Positions 8,954-18,310 of a stretch of DNA of 50,749 nt are shown piece after piece (position 1 is the first letter of the stretch; each line of letters begins with the position of its first letter). Source of the stretch: Minisyncoccota bacterium (GTDB lineage Bacteria > Patescibacteriota > Minisyncoccia > Phycocordibacterales > UBA6065); NCBI GenBank assembly GCA_035546035.1, contig DASZXC010000008.1:71202-121950 (forward strand), read 5' to 3'. The notes under the pieces are model-generated. The model did no database searches. It worked only from the letters and a program-made list of their open reading frames with translations, and was not told the DNA's origin. The translations under genes and the position numbers were made by a program.

Positions 8954-11533
8954 ATGAGAAAGAACGCCGTCACCCGTTATTTCCACCGCTTCCGCCGTCA
9001 CATCAAAGCCCATACCAAACGAGATATCCTGATACTCGTCGCTTCCGCCGCCTGCCTCTCTGTATCCGGCATCGTTCTCTGGATATCGTCGTTCCAGCTC
9101 CCCGACCTTTCTTCGTTCGAAAGCCGCAAGGTCACCGAGTCCACCAAAATATACGACCGCACGGGCAGGGTGCTGCTCTATGACCTCAACCAGGGCGTGA
9201 AAAGAACGGTGCTCCCTTCGTCCGACATATCTCCGTTCATCAAGAACGCGACGGTCGCGATCGAGGATGAAGATTTCTATCATCACGGCGGCATCAAGAT
9301 CACGTCGATCATCCGCGCCGTGCTCGCGAACATCGTTTCGGGCAGCTATAGCCAGGGCGGATCGACGATTACCCAGCAGGTAGTGAAGAACACGCTCCTT
9401 ACGGTCAATAAGAGCATTTCGCGCAAGCTCAAGGAATGGGTGCTCGCCATCAAGCTCGACAAGACACTATCGAAAGACGCCATTCTTTCTATATATCTGA
9501 ACGAAAACCCGTATGGCGGCAGTATCTATGGCGTCGAAGAGGCGTCGCGCCAGTTTTTCGCGAAAGATGCCAAGGACGTGACGCTCGCCGAAGCGGCATA
9601 TCTCGCGGCCATTCCGCAGGCGACGACGTATTATTCGCCGTACGGCAAGAACACGGCAGCTCTTGAAGACCGCAAGAACCTCGTGCTGAAAAAGATGCTC
9701 GAGCTCCATTTCATAGACCAGAAATCATATGACGCGGCCCGCGCGGAGAAGGTCCAGTTCCAGCCGCAAGACCAGTACGGCATCAAGGCCCCTCATTTCG
9801 TATTCTTCGTAAAGCAGTACCTCGAGAGCATCCTGGGCGCGGGAAGCCTCGAGAACGGCGGATACAAAGTCATCACGACGCTCGACGCCGAGCTTCAGGC
9901 AAAGGCAGAGGATCTCGTCAAAACGACGGCGCTTTCGAACACGAAGAACTTCGACGCGACGAATGCGGCGCTCGTCGCCATGGACCCTCATACCGGCGAC
10001 ATCGTCTCGATGGTCGGCTCGCGCGACTATTTCGACAAAGAAATCGATGGGCAGTTCAATGCCGCCATCTCTCCGAACCGCCAGCCGGGCTCTACCATGA
10101 AACCGATCATATATTCGGAGGCTTTCATCAAGGGCTATACGCCTGAAACCGTGCTCTTTGACCTTCCGACCGAATTCAGCACGCAGTGCATGCCTTCGCT
10201 CACCGATATGTACGCGTCCTCGACGCCGATATCGGGCGACGTAGATCCGAAGTCGTGCTACAGCCCTGGAAACTATGACGGCAAGTTCCGCGGCCCCATA
10301 ACGCTTCGCGAGGCATTGGCCCAGTCCATCAACGTACCTTCGGTAAAGACGCTCTATCTCGCAGGGATCAAAGACTCTCTCGCTCTCGCGAAAGACATGG
10401 GCATTACGAGCCTCACCAATCCTGACCAGTATGGACTGACGCTCGTGCTCGGCGGCGGCGAGATATCGCTCCTCGAGATGACGAATGCATACGGCGTATT
10501 CGCCAATGACGGCGTGCGCGTGCCGTACCGAAGCGTTTTGAGCGTCCAGGACGCCGAAGGTCGCGAAGTCCGCCTCCCTTCCCAGCGCCAGGCCCGCGTA
10601 TTGCCCGCGAACATCGCCGAGACGATATCGAGCATCCTTTCGGACAACGTCGCGCGAACGCCTGCATACGGCCCTAACTCCGTCCTCTATTTCCCTACCC
10701 GCGACGTAGCGGTGAAGACCGGTACGACGAACGACTCGCGCGACGCGTGGACGGTCGGATATACGCCGAACCTCGTCATCGGCGTCTGGGCGGGCAACAA
10801 CGACAACAGCCCGATGGTCAAAAAAGTCGCCGGGCAGATCGTCGCGCCGATGTGGAGCTCGTTCATGAAGAGCGCCCTGCCGACGCTCGCCGACGAGCGA
10901 TTCATCCCGCCGACGCCGGCCGATCCCGCGACCCTTAAACCCGTCATGAAGGGCATCTGGCAAGGCGGACAGACGTATACGATAGACACCGTGACCGGAA
11001 AGCTCGCGACGGCCCTTACCCCGCCTGAAACGCGCAAAGAAGTCGCCGTCCAGTCCATCCACGACATCCTCTATTGGGTAGACAAGAATAATCCCCTGGG
11101 CCCTGCGCCGATAGATCCGAGCAAGGACCCTCAATTCATCCGTTGGGAGACGCCTGTACGCATCTGGGCGCAACAGAACGGCTATTCCGACCAGAATTCA
11201 TCGGTCATACCGACCCAGAGCGATGACGTTCATACGCAAGCGAATACGTTCTCTGTGCGGCTCTCTAACGTCGATCCGGGGAAGACATACGACGTGAACG
11301 ATTCGGTGTCCCTCTACGTCGACCCGTCAGGCCTGTACCCTATTTCCAAGGCGACGCTCTATATAAACGACTCGTTCGTCCAGACCATAGACCAAGGGCC
11401 GTTCATATTCAGGTTCTCGCCAAAGGACGTACCTAATATCCAAGAGATGAACACCATACGCGTCGTCGCGCAGGACTCTGTATATGACCGGAACGACGCT
11501 TCGATGCAGTTCAAAGTGGCCCTCGACCAATAA
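8954..11533 (+). CDS. class A penicillin-binding protein (glycosyltransferase plus transpeptidase)
   Basis: N-terminal TM anchor. GT51 motifs EDEDFYHHGG, GGSTITQQ and RKLKE. Transpeptidase motifs STMKP, SIN and KTGTT. Confidence 0.92.
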   Translation: MRKNAVTRYFHRFRRHIKAHTKRDILILVASAACLSVSGIVLWISSFQLPDLSSFESRKVTESTKIYDRTGRVLLYDLNQGVKRTVLPSSDISPFIKNATVAIEDEDFYHHGGIKITSIIRAVLANIVSGSYSQGGSTITQQVVKNTLLTVNKSISRKLKEWVLAIKLDKTLSKDAILSIYLNENPYGGSIYGVEEASRQFFAKDAKDVTLAEAAYLAAIPQATTYYSPYGKNTAALEDRKNLVLKKMLELHFIDQKSYDAARAEKVQFQPQDQYGIKAPHFVFFVKQYLESILGAGSLENGGYKVITTLDAELQAKAEDLVKTTALSNTKNFDATNAALVAMDPHTGDIVSMVGSRDYFDKEIDGQFNAAISPNRQPGSTMKPIIYSEAFIKGYTPETVLFDLPTEFSTQCMPSLTDMYASSTPISGDVDPKSCYSPGNYDGKFRGPITLREALAQSINVPSVKTLYLAGIKDSLALAKDMGITSLTNPDQYGLTLVLGGGEISLLEMTNAYGVFANDGVRVPYRSVLSVQDAEGREVRLPSQRQARVLPANIAETISSILSDNVARTPAYGPNSVLYFPTRDVAVKTGTTNDSRDAWTVGYTPNLVIGVWAGNNDNSPMVKKVAGQIVAPMWSSFMKSALPTLADERFIPPTPADPATLKPVMKGIWQGGQTYTIDTVTGKLATALTPPETRKEVAVQSIHDILYWVDKNNPLGPAPIDPSKDPQFIRWETPVRIWAQQNGYSDQNSSVIPTQSDDVHTQANTFSVRLSNVDPGKTYDVNDSVSLYVDPSGLYPISKATLYINDSFVQTIDQGPFIFRFSPKDVPNIQEMNTIRVVAQDSVYDRNDASMQFKVALDQ

Positions 11534-11544
11534 TTTCGAGGTAT

Positions 11545-11793
11545 CTATCGGACATCGGTCAGGCGAAGGTTCGGGTGTTTCTCGCGAAGCGATCGAATGA
11601 TCGCTTCTTTCTTTGTAAATGCCACGGATTTGGCCGCAGGAGAGCCTTTGACTATGATCACGCCCTTCTTCACGTCGAACGGGATATCGGCGCCGCACGC
11701 GCCGTATATCGCCGCACGGACAGCGTCCCTCTGCGACAGAGAATCGCTCTCGATGCGGGAGAATTTCTTGAAATAATCAGCGATATTGAACAC
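11545..11793 (-). CDS. DUF721/DciA-like small protein
   Basis: The GTG start shares 1 nt with the dnaN stop (TAGTG). The pattern ..KKGVIIVKGSPAAKSVAFTKKEAIIRSLREK resembles the DUF721 core. Its position after dnaN is typical. Confidence 0.5.
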   Translation of the reverse strand: MFNIADYFKKFSRIESDSLSQRDAVRAAIYGACGADIPFDVKKGVIIVKGSPAAKSVAFTKKEAIIRSLREKHPNLRLTDVR

Positions 11794-12893
11794 TATCGGT
11801 TCATCGGCATCACGAGATACGTGAAGCTCTTATCGGATACGCCCTTCATGACCAAGGGCTTGTTAGCGCCGCTGATCGAAATAGCGACGCTGTCGGAATC
11901 AATAGACTGGAAGCAGTCGGAAAGGTATTTGTGGTTGAAATTGATGTCTAAGTCCTGGCCGGTGACCGAAGAATCGATGGCGTTCACGTACTCGCCCACG
12001 TCGCTGTTCTTGGTCGAAATAGTGAACGTCTTCTTCGAAGGAAGCGCCTTGATGTTGACCTGGTTGAATTTATCGGAAAAGACATGGGAAGTCTTGAGCG
12101 AATCCATGAGATCCTGCTTCAGAACGACGACTTCGGTGACGAAGACCTTCGGAATGATCTGCTTATAGTCAGGGAACGTGGCGTCCACGACGCGAGACAT
12201 CAGATATATATCCTTGCCCTCGAATGCGATCTGGTTCTTGTCGAAAAGCACTTTTATATCGTCGGTAACGGTCTCAAGCGTGCGGACGACGTCGTTCACG
12301 TTCTTGCCCGGGATAATGACCGGAGGGAAATCGAGAGTTTCTTTGACCTTTACGCGCTTTTCAGCGAGGCGGAACGAGTCAGTGGACACGAAAACGAGCT
12401 CGGATCCGTCTTTATATACGTAGACGCTCGCGAGTTCAGGCTTTACCGTCGAAGTCGAAGCGCTGTATACGACCGATTTGAAGCCTTTGACGAGAACTTT
12501 CGGACTTATTTCAATGGTTCGTTGGGTGTCGAGGCGCGGAATGGTAGGGAAATCGTCCGGAGAGAAGGTTTTTATGAGCGTCGTGTTAGCAGAGGTCGAA
12601 ACGAGCGCATTTCCGTCCTTTGATTGGAGAACGATGTTCTTTTCCTTCGGAAGACCGGCAAGTAGAGAGCTCAAAACACCTCCCTGAAGCGCTATTTCGC
12701 CCTCGTCTTCGACTTTGGCAGGGATTTTGATCTCTATGCCGCAGTCGAGATTCGTAGCGCGTATAACGATGTTATTCTTCGCCGTCTTAATGTCTATACA
12801 AGAAAGTATGGGCAATGAGAGATTCTTCCCTGTCAGCCGGTCTGCCTTTGCGATCGCTTCCATCAGCTTGTCTTTGATGCACTCTATTTTCAT
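11793..12893 (-). CDS. dnaN: DNA polymerase III beta sliding clamp
   Basis: 366 aa with three-domain clamp pattern and a ..LVMPMNR C-terminus. Located downstream of dnaA. Confidence 0.93.
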   Translation of the reverse strand: MKIECIKDKLMEAIAKADRLTGKNLSLPILSCIDIKTAKNNIVIRATNLDCGIEIKIPAKVEDEGEIALQGGVLSSLLAGLPKEKNIVLQSKDGNALVSTSANTTLIKTFSPDDFPTIPRLDTQRTIEISPKVLVKGFKSVVYSASTSTVKPELASVYVYKDGSELVFVSTDSFRLAEKRVKVKETLDFPPVIIPGKNVNDVVRTLETVTDDIKVLFDKNQIAFEGKDIYLMSRVVDATFPDYKQIIPKVFVTEVVVLKQDLMDSLKTSHVFSDKFNQVNIKALPSKKTFTISTKNSDVGEYVNAIDSSVTGQDLDINFNHKYLSDCFQSIDSDSVAISISGANKPLVMKGVSDKSFTYLVMPMNR

Positions 12894-13170
12894 ATCGGTA
12901 TTGGTTGTTCCCAGTATATCTCTTATATTTCCTTTAAGAAAAATGTTGCTGCTGTTGGTATTGGGGATATGGGGATATCTCGGAATATAGCCCAGACATT
13001 AGCTCTTTTCGGAAAATTTTTCCACTATCCTGTTCATATCCACGGAAAGCTTTTAACAACTTCCGCGCTTTTTGAAAGATCGCCCGACTTATCCGAAACT
13101 CTCCACATATGTCTCCCGCGCATATCCCCAGCTCTACCCCAAAGGTTTCCCTGGCCTATCCACAGCCTCT
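12894..13170. promoter_or_regulatory. candidate oriC: DnaA-box cluster in the dnaA-dnaN spacer
   Basis: Matches to TTATCCACA: TGGGGATAT twice in overlapping tandem (12962-12970, 12970-12978), ATATCCACG (13036-13044), TTATCCGAA (13089-13097), ATATCCCCA (13122-13130), CTATCCACA (13156-13164, 8/9). An AT-rich stretch lies at 12918-12946. Confidence 0.55.
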
Positions 13171-14514
13171 CTACATGATGAGAGATCGTATGTGATTGAG
13201 CTCCTGCAAAAGAACCTGATTGGATTTGATGTCTTCCTTTATCTTTTCGCACGAGTGGATGACCGTGGTGTGGTCGCGGCCGCCTAATTTCTCGCCGATA
13301 GACGGATACGATATGTTCATGTCCTCGCGGAGGAGATACATGATGACCTGGCGCGGCTTTACAACTTCTTTTTTGCGGGTCTTTTCGTATATGTTGTTCT
13401 CCTCGATGTTATAGAAATCAGAGACGATCTTCACCACATCCTTAACAGAGACGGATTTCTTCGGTTTCGCATTGTTCTTGAGGATGTTCTTTACCTCGAG
13501 GATATTGAGCTCCCTGCCCTTTACCTGGCTCTGCATGGCTAAAGAATTGGCGATGCCTTCGAGCTCGCGGATGTTGCTTTCGATCGAGCTCGCGATGAAA
13601 TCGATCAATTCAGGCGCGAGGATGACGCTCTGCTTCGCGAGCTTGTTCTTAAGGATGACCAGGCGCGATTCGTAGTCAGGCGACGCGACGTCTACAACCA
13701 TTCCGGCGTTAAAGCGCGATTTTACGCGGTCCTCGAGCTCGATATGGTTCGGATGGCGGTCGGAAGAACAGATGAGCTGCTTGTTGTTTTCCTTGAATGC
13801 GTTGAAAAGATGGAAGAACTCTTCCTGATACTTCTCTTTTCCTGCGAAAAACTGCACGTCGTCCATGATAATGACGTCGTATTTCCTGTATTTCTCCTTG
13901 AATTGAGGCTGTTTGCCGAGCTGGATCGAACTCATGAGGTCTACGGAGAACTTTTCGGCGGTTATGTAATAGATCTTCTTCGAAGGAGCGGCCGATTTGA
14001 TCGAATTTCCTACCGCCTGCATCAAATGCGTCTTGCCGCGACCGGTATCGCCATAGATAAAGAGCGGATTATAGGCGATTCCCGGACTTTTAATGACTGC
14101 CTGGGCCGCCGCATGCGCCAATTCGTTGAAAGGACCGACGACGAACGTCTCGAATGTATATTTCGGGTTGAGATTGTCCTCTTTGTTGACGTAATGGTCC
14201 TGGAGGGGCAGTTCGAATACCGGAAGAACGCGCTCCATGCCCGATTCCATCGATTCTTTGCGCTCCGGGACTTTGGCTATGACGTATTCGAGCGATCGGA
14301 TGTCGCCGCCGTGGTCGCGAAGGCATTTCAGAATGACCTTATGGAGCTTGTCGGAGAGCCAGTCTTTGGCGAAAGCGCTCGGAACGGCGAGGTAGACGAT
14401 GCCCTCGTCTATCTTATGGATGTAGGTGTCGCGGAACCAGGTGCTGAAGGTCGCCTTCGACACGGAAAGCTCTATTGTTCCCAGTACGTTCTCCCAGATT
14501 TTTTTATTATCCAT
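13171..14514 (-). CDS. dnaA: chromosomal replication initiator DnaA
   Basis: True start MDNKKIWENVLGTIE.. at 14514. Walker A GDTGRGKTHLM. C-terminal DNA-binding helix ..GGRDHTTVIHS. The 643-aa track ORF is an upstream extension antisense to rpmH/rnpA. Confidence 0.95.
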   Translation of the reverse strand: MDNKKIWENVLGTIELSVSKATFSTWFRDTYIHKIDEGIVYLAVPSAFAKDWLSDKLHKVILKCLRDHGGDIRSLEYVIAKVPERKESMESGMERVLPVFELPLQDHYVNKEDNLNPKYTFETFVVGPFNELAHAAAQAVIKSPGIAYNPLFIYGDTGRGKTHLMQAVGNSIKSAAPSKKIYYITAEKFSVDLMSSIQLGKQPQFKEKYRKYDVIIMDDVQFFAGKEKYQEEFFHLFNAFKENNKQLICSSDRHPNHIELEDRVKSRFNAGMVVDVASPDYESRLVILKNKLAKQSVILAPELIDFIASSIESNIRELEGIANSLAMQSQVKGRELNILEVKNILKNNAKPKKSVSVKDVVKIVSDFYNIEENNIYEKTRKKEVVKPRQVIMYLLREDMNISYPSIGEKLGGRDHTTVIHSCEKIKEDIKSNQVLLQELNHIRSLIM

Positions 14515-14644
14515 TGGTCGCGCTGATGAAGTGAAGCAAGTATAAATCGCTTCAGAGAATTGTAGTACTTGTGGTCGCGAAGTAAATGTGTTAATAATAT
14601 GTGAACAAGTTGTTAACAGAGTCAGTTGCTTACTACCACGCCTT

Positions 14645-14782
14645 ATGGCAATCGTATACAAGACCAGGAATCGAAAACGAGCTCGCGCGCACGGCTTCCT
14701 CGCCCGCAAGAACTCTCCTACCGGCAAGAAAGTGCTCGCGCGAAGGCGCCACAAGGGCCGCAAGAGGATCGTGAAGGCATAA
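14645..14782 (+). CDS. rpmH: 50S ribosomal protein L34
   Basis: MAIVYKTRNRKRARAHGFLARKNSPTGKKVLARRRHKGRKRIVKA. The start was trimmed from the track ORF. Confidence 0.9.
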   Translation: MAIVYKTRNRKRARAHGFLARKNSPTGKKVLARRRHKGRKRIVKA

Positions 14783-14794
14783 ATCTCGCGCGCA

Positions 14795-15124
14795 ATGCTC
14801 AAAAAGAGAGATCGCCTCACGGCGAAGGACATAGAAAGCCTCTCTCTCGGAAAAAGCGTCTTCGGGACGCTTATTTCTTTGAGGCACATTCCCTCTAAGA
14901 AGGCGGGCTTTTCGGTGAGCGCTTCCAAAAAGGCGTTTCCCACCGCCGTCTCTCGCGGCCGCGCGCGGAGACGCGTATATGCGGCCATCGAGAAATCGCT
15001 CGGGTCGGTGAAAGCCACGGCATTCGTCATGATCATCCCGAAGAAAGAAGCTCTCGCGGCGCCGTTCGGCGATCTTGCTGCGGAGATCGGGTCTCTTTTC
15101 AAGAAGGCGGGGCTTCTGGATTAG
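14795..15124 (+). CDS. rnpA: RNase P protein component
   Basis: 109 aa basic protein directly after rpmH, with the RL..KDIE..L N-terminus typical of RnpA. Confidence 0.85.
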   Translation: MLKKRDRLTAKDIESLSLGKSVFGTLISLRHIPSKKAGFSVSASKKAFPTAVSRGRARRRVYAAIEKSLGSVKATAFVMIIPKKEALAAPFGDLAAEIGSLFKKAGLLD

Positions 15125-15170
15125 GATTTTCGGCCGGGAATTGATACCTTATACATACCTAACAAATAAT

Positions 15171-15899
15171 ATGCACGCGCTTTACACCACGTTGGTCTAC
15201 AATCCGCTCTATAATGGCTTCATACTCCTCATAGACGCAGTCCGATTCATTCCGTGGCTTGATGTCGGAATGGTCGTGATCCTCTTTACCGTCATCGTCC
15301 GTCTCATTCTCTTCCCTCTTTCGCGCAAAGCGGCCCGCACCCAGGTCGTCATGAGGCAGGCAGAGCCTGAATTGGCCGCTATAAAGGAGAAATACAAGAA
15401 TGACAGACAGGCTCTCGCCGTCCAGACTATGGCTTTCTATAAAGAGAAGAAGATCAATCCGTTCTCCATGTTCTTCCTTCTCATCATACAGCTCCCTATC
15501 CTCATCGCCCTCTATCATATCTTCTACACGTCGGGTCTTTCGACCATACACACTGATATCCTCTATTCGTTCGTAAGCATTCCGCCGGCTATCGGCACCC
15601 ATTTTCTCGGACTCTTCGACCTCACCCAGAAAAGCTTCTTCCTCGCCCTCCTCGCGGCGGGATCGCAGTATTTCCAGATTCATATTTCCACGCCGAAAGC
15701 TCGCCGGGACGGAGAAGGAAGGCTGACCCAGGAGAGCATGATGCATATGATGATGAAATTCATCATGCCTATCATGATCTTTCTTATTTCATCTTCGATC
15801 GCGTCGGCTCTCGCCATATATTGGACGACGAGCAACCTCTTCATGATCGGGCAAGAGCTCTACGTGAGGCGGCAGATTTCTAAAGAAAAACTCTCATAA
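15171..15899 (+). CDS. yidC: membrane protein insertase YidC (short form)
   Basis: Start trimmed to MHALYTTLVYNPLYNG. YidC/Oxa1 core ..KEKYKNDRQALAVQTMAFYKEKKINPF... It follows rnpA. Confidence 0.88.
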   Translation: MHALYTTLVYNPLYNGFILLIDAVRFIPWLDVGMVVILFTVIVRLILFPLSRKAARTQVVMRQAEPELAAIKEKYKNDRQALAVQTMAFYKEKKINPFSMFFLLIIQLPILIALYHIFYTSGLSTIHTDILYSFVSIPPAIGTHFLGLFDLTQKSFFLALLAAGSQYFQIHISTPKARRDGEGRLTQESMMHMMMKFIMPIMIFLISSSIASALAIYWTTSNLFMIGQELYVRRQISKEKLS

Positions 15900-15950
15900 T
15901 ATAAAAGGACGTCCCAGGGCTTGGCGGGACGTCCTTTTATATTATGAGAG
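15891..15950. terminator. 25-bp-stem palindromic bidirectional terminator (copy B of the conserved-core hairpin family)
   Basis: CTCTCATAATATAAAAGGACGTCCC / AGGGCTTGGC / GGGACGTCCTTTTATATTATGAGAG. It overlaps the yidC stop and sits between convergent genes. Confidence 0.7.
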
Positions 15951-15951
15951 T

Positions 15952-17181
15952 CTACTTTAGATTTAACCTCCAGACGGTCAGATCGTTTTTGTCAGTGAAT
16001 ACGATGACATTCTCTCCCTGATCGAGAGACGGGTTGACGATGTCCATGGAAATACCCGCTTCGAGTTCCGGGTCGAGGATGTCGGTCGTCTCCCCCGTGA
16101 CGGCGTCTATCTTCCAGAGGCTGTCGGCGAACGCGACCTTGCCCTTATACCAGTCGTCAGGATAGCTTGCTGCCGCCGGAGACTTTGGAATGGCGCAATA
16201 GACTACCGTCTTCTCTTTCTTGCTCCAGACACACTTGTCTATGATGGTTCCGATGTCGAGGTCGCGCTTCACCGCCTTTTTAACGTCATATACTGCTGTT
16301 CCCATGCTATTTCCGTTCGCGCCCGTATAGAGCATAAAAGCCTCGTCGGAGCTCAAGAGTCCCTGAAGGCCTGGTATGCGGTCTATCGTAGGGACCATCG
16401 CTCCCGTGGACATATCGAGGATATATGCCGATCCCTGCATGCCGGCGCTCGGTCGCGCGAACAAAAGAACGCTGTTCGATGCCCAGGTCGCTTTCCAGTC
16501 CCCGAATGAAGAATTGAAGACGCCGGTCTTCCCTGTACCGTCTATGTTAGCCCTGTATCCCTGGGCGCCGCTCATGCTTTCATCCAAATAGAAGATCCTT
16601 GAACCTAAGACGGCTATATTTTCGATATCGTCCGCGAGGAATGTACCCTCGATGGTTTTCGTAGTGGTCGATATCCTGCCGAGGAACGTTCGGATTGTCC
16701 CCTCGTTATCTTTGAGGTAGCGAAGGACGACGTTCTGGCCATTCGTCGCCCACAATGCCTCCCGGATCTTCGGTATGGTTATGTTCGATATCTGGTCCGA
16801 AGAGCTCGAATCACTTCCTGTTTCGATGACATGGCCCGTCGCGCGCTCGACATAGCGGATGATCGTCGAGCTGCCGACATCGAACGCCACCGCGCCTGCG
16901 GTCGGGACGGTGGAGATGCGCCTCAATCGGGCGGGGCCGGTCTGATTGCCGCTCAAATCGATCGTTCCCCCGCTGCTCGCGTCTCCCGTCTGGTCCCCGC
17001 TACCGGTATTCGCATTTCCGTTCGATGCAGGACCCTGACCGAAAGGAAACGGATTCGACGAATCAACGTCGGTGTTCCCGGAATTCGTCCCGCTCTTGTC
17101 TCCTGAAATGAAATACCAGCCGATCGCTCCGAAGAAGGCGAGGATGACTGCTATTATCACAATGAATGCTTTTCTCGACAT
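15952..17181 (-). CDS. hypothetical membrane-anchored protein (last gene of the T4SS-like operon)
   Basis: N-terminal TM (FIVIIAVILAFFGAIGWYFI), a G/S/N-rich linker, then ~300 aa of beta-rich sequence (beta-propeller-like impression only). Confidence 0.6.
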   Translation of the reverse strand: MSRKAFIVIIAVILAFFGAIGWYFISGDKSGTNSGNTDVDSSNPFPFGQGPASNGNANTGSGDQTGDASSGGTIDLSGNQTGPARLRRISTVPTAGAVAFDVGSSTIIRYVERATGHVIETGSDSSSSDQISNITIPKIREALWATNGQNVVLRYLKDNEGTIRTFLGRISTTTKTIEGTFLADDIENIAVLGSRIFYLDESMSGAQGYRANIDGTGKTGVFNSSFGDWKATWASNSVLLFARPSAGMQGSAYILDMSTGAMVPTIDRIPGLQGLLSSDEAFMLYTGANGNSMGTAVYDVKKAVKRDLDIGTIIDKCVWSKKEKTVVYCAIPKSPAAASYPDDWYKGKVAFADSLWKIDAVTGETTDILDPELEAGISMDIVNPSLDQGENVIVFTDKNDLTVWRLNLK

Positions 17182-17182
17182 A

Positions 17183-18310
17183 TTATTGTGCGGCTTTTAT
17201 CTGTCCGTATGTTCCCTGCATGGCAGTCCGGTATTCGTCTATCTTCTTTAACTGGGCTATGACCGTTACGCGATACCGATCGGCTCCCGTTGGATCGCTC
17301 TGCTTGAGCTGCGCGTATACATGCGATGTTTCTGATAAGAATGACGCTCTCGCCGTCTGGAATTTCTCTTGGCCTGAAGCGAGGGCTGTGGGATAAGCGC
17401 CCGTATTCATGCCGTTGATTATGCTTCCTGCAGCTATGATCACTCGCTGACTTTCCGTATTGATTCGGATATTGGCTTGGGCTTGAGCCTGTGCCGCCGG
17501 ATCGGTTATCTTCGAAGCAGCCTCAGTTTCTATTTTAAGCGCGTCAGCCGCTATCTCGAGCGCTTTGTCCGCGTCGCCCCCGTTCACCGCTTGCGTTATC
17601 TGGAGAGTGCTCTGCTGGGCGGCTGAATCGATCCTTTTGAGGCCCGCATCGATCGTCTTGGCGGTCGCGATATTCTGAGCCTCTTCTAACGCGGCTTGCG
17701 CCTTTGCGATAGATTCAGTATCTCCGCTCGCTTGAGCCGAAATCAAGATAGCCTGGGCGGCAGTGACCGCTCGCTGAGCCTCGGTCTTATCCGCTTCCGC
17801 TTTTTGGTATGCTGTGACCGCGGCATTGGAGTTATTAAGGAGCTCCTGTAGAACGGTTTGGGGCACAGAGCTTCCGCACGGCACGCCATTAGATCCGCAC
17901 GTCGTTGTGAGTGTGTTCAGATTGATATTTACGAGGCTAACGTTTATCGTTCTCAATATGATGTAGGCGCTCAAAAGTATCAGAAGGCCGATAAGGGCAT
18001 GCTGCCAGCGCGCCTTGGCGTCGGTCTTCTGTCCTATCGCTTCGCTTGTAGTATAGAGCACGCCGGCGTATATGATGACGCAGACCGCAAGGATCGCCGC
18101 GATTCCGATCGATATGCCGTAGATATTTTTTACGAGGCTGACTGGATCCGTCGGCTGGTTCTCGGTGAATGCGTTCGGGATTGTCGTGAGCGGCTTGTAT
18201 GTTTCCTGCGCCAACGCTATCTTTGCCGGAGCGAAAATGACGAGAGCGATGAAAACAAGGCCCGTTGCCGCGACCGCTAATTGTAAGGATTTTTTAAAAG
18301 CAGTTTTCAT
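17183..18310 (-). CDS. VirB2/TrbC-like pilin domain fused to a long Ala/Gln-rich C-terminal extension
   Basis: Signal peptide ..AKIALA|QE, then two hydrophobic helices separated by a short basic loop (GISIGIAAILAVCVIIYAGVLY - TTSEAIGQKTDAKARWQH - ALIGLLILLSAYIIL). This is followed by a CGSNGVPC pair and ~230 aa of coiled-coil-like sequence. Confidence 0.55.
   Translation of the reverse strand: MKTAFKKSLQLAVAATGLVFIALVIFAPAKIALAQETYKPLTTIPNAFTENQPTDPVSLVKNIYGISIGIAAILAVCVIIYAGVLYTTSEAIGQKTDAKARWQHALIGLLILLSAYIILRTINVSLVNINLNTLTTTCGSNGVPCGSSVPQTVLQELLNNSNAAVTAYQKAEADKTEAQRAVTAAQAILISAQASGDTESIAKAQAALEEAQNIATAKTIDAGLKRIDSAAQQSTLQITQAVNGGDADKALEIAADALKIETEAASKITDPAAQAQAQANIRINTESQRVIIAAGSIINGMNTGAYPTALASGQEKFQTARASFLSETSHVYAQLKQSDPTGADRYRVTVIAQLKKIDEYRTAMQGTYGQIKAAQ

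Noticed and set aside
9725-11173. 482-aa minus-strand ORF inside the PBP gene.
   Set aside because: It is an Arg-rich antisense frame of a gene that has all the PBP motifs on the + strand.
13171-15102. 643-aa ORF suggesting a giant DnaA.
   Set aside because: The first 195 codons run antisense through rpmH and rnpA and look like an Arg/Ala-rich shadow frame. Canonical DnaA begins at MDNKKIWENV (14514).
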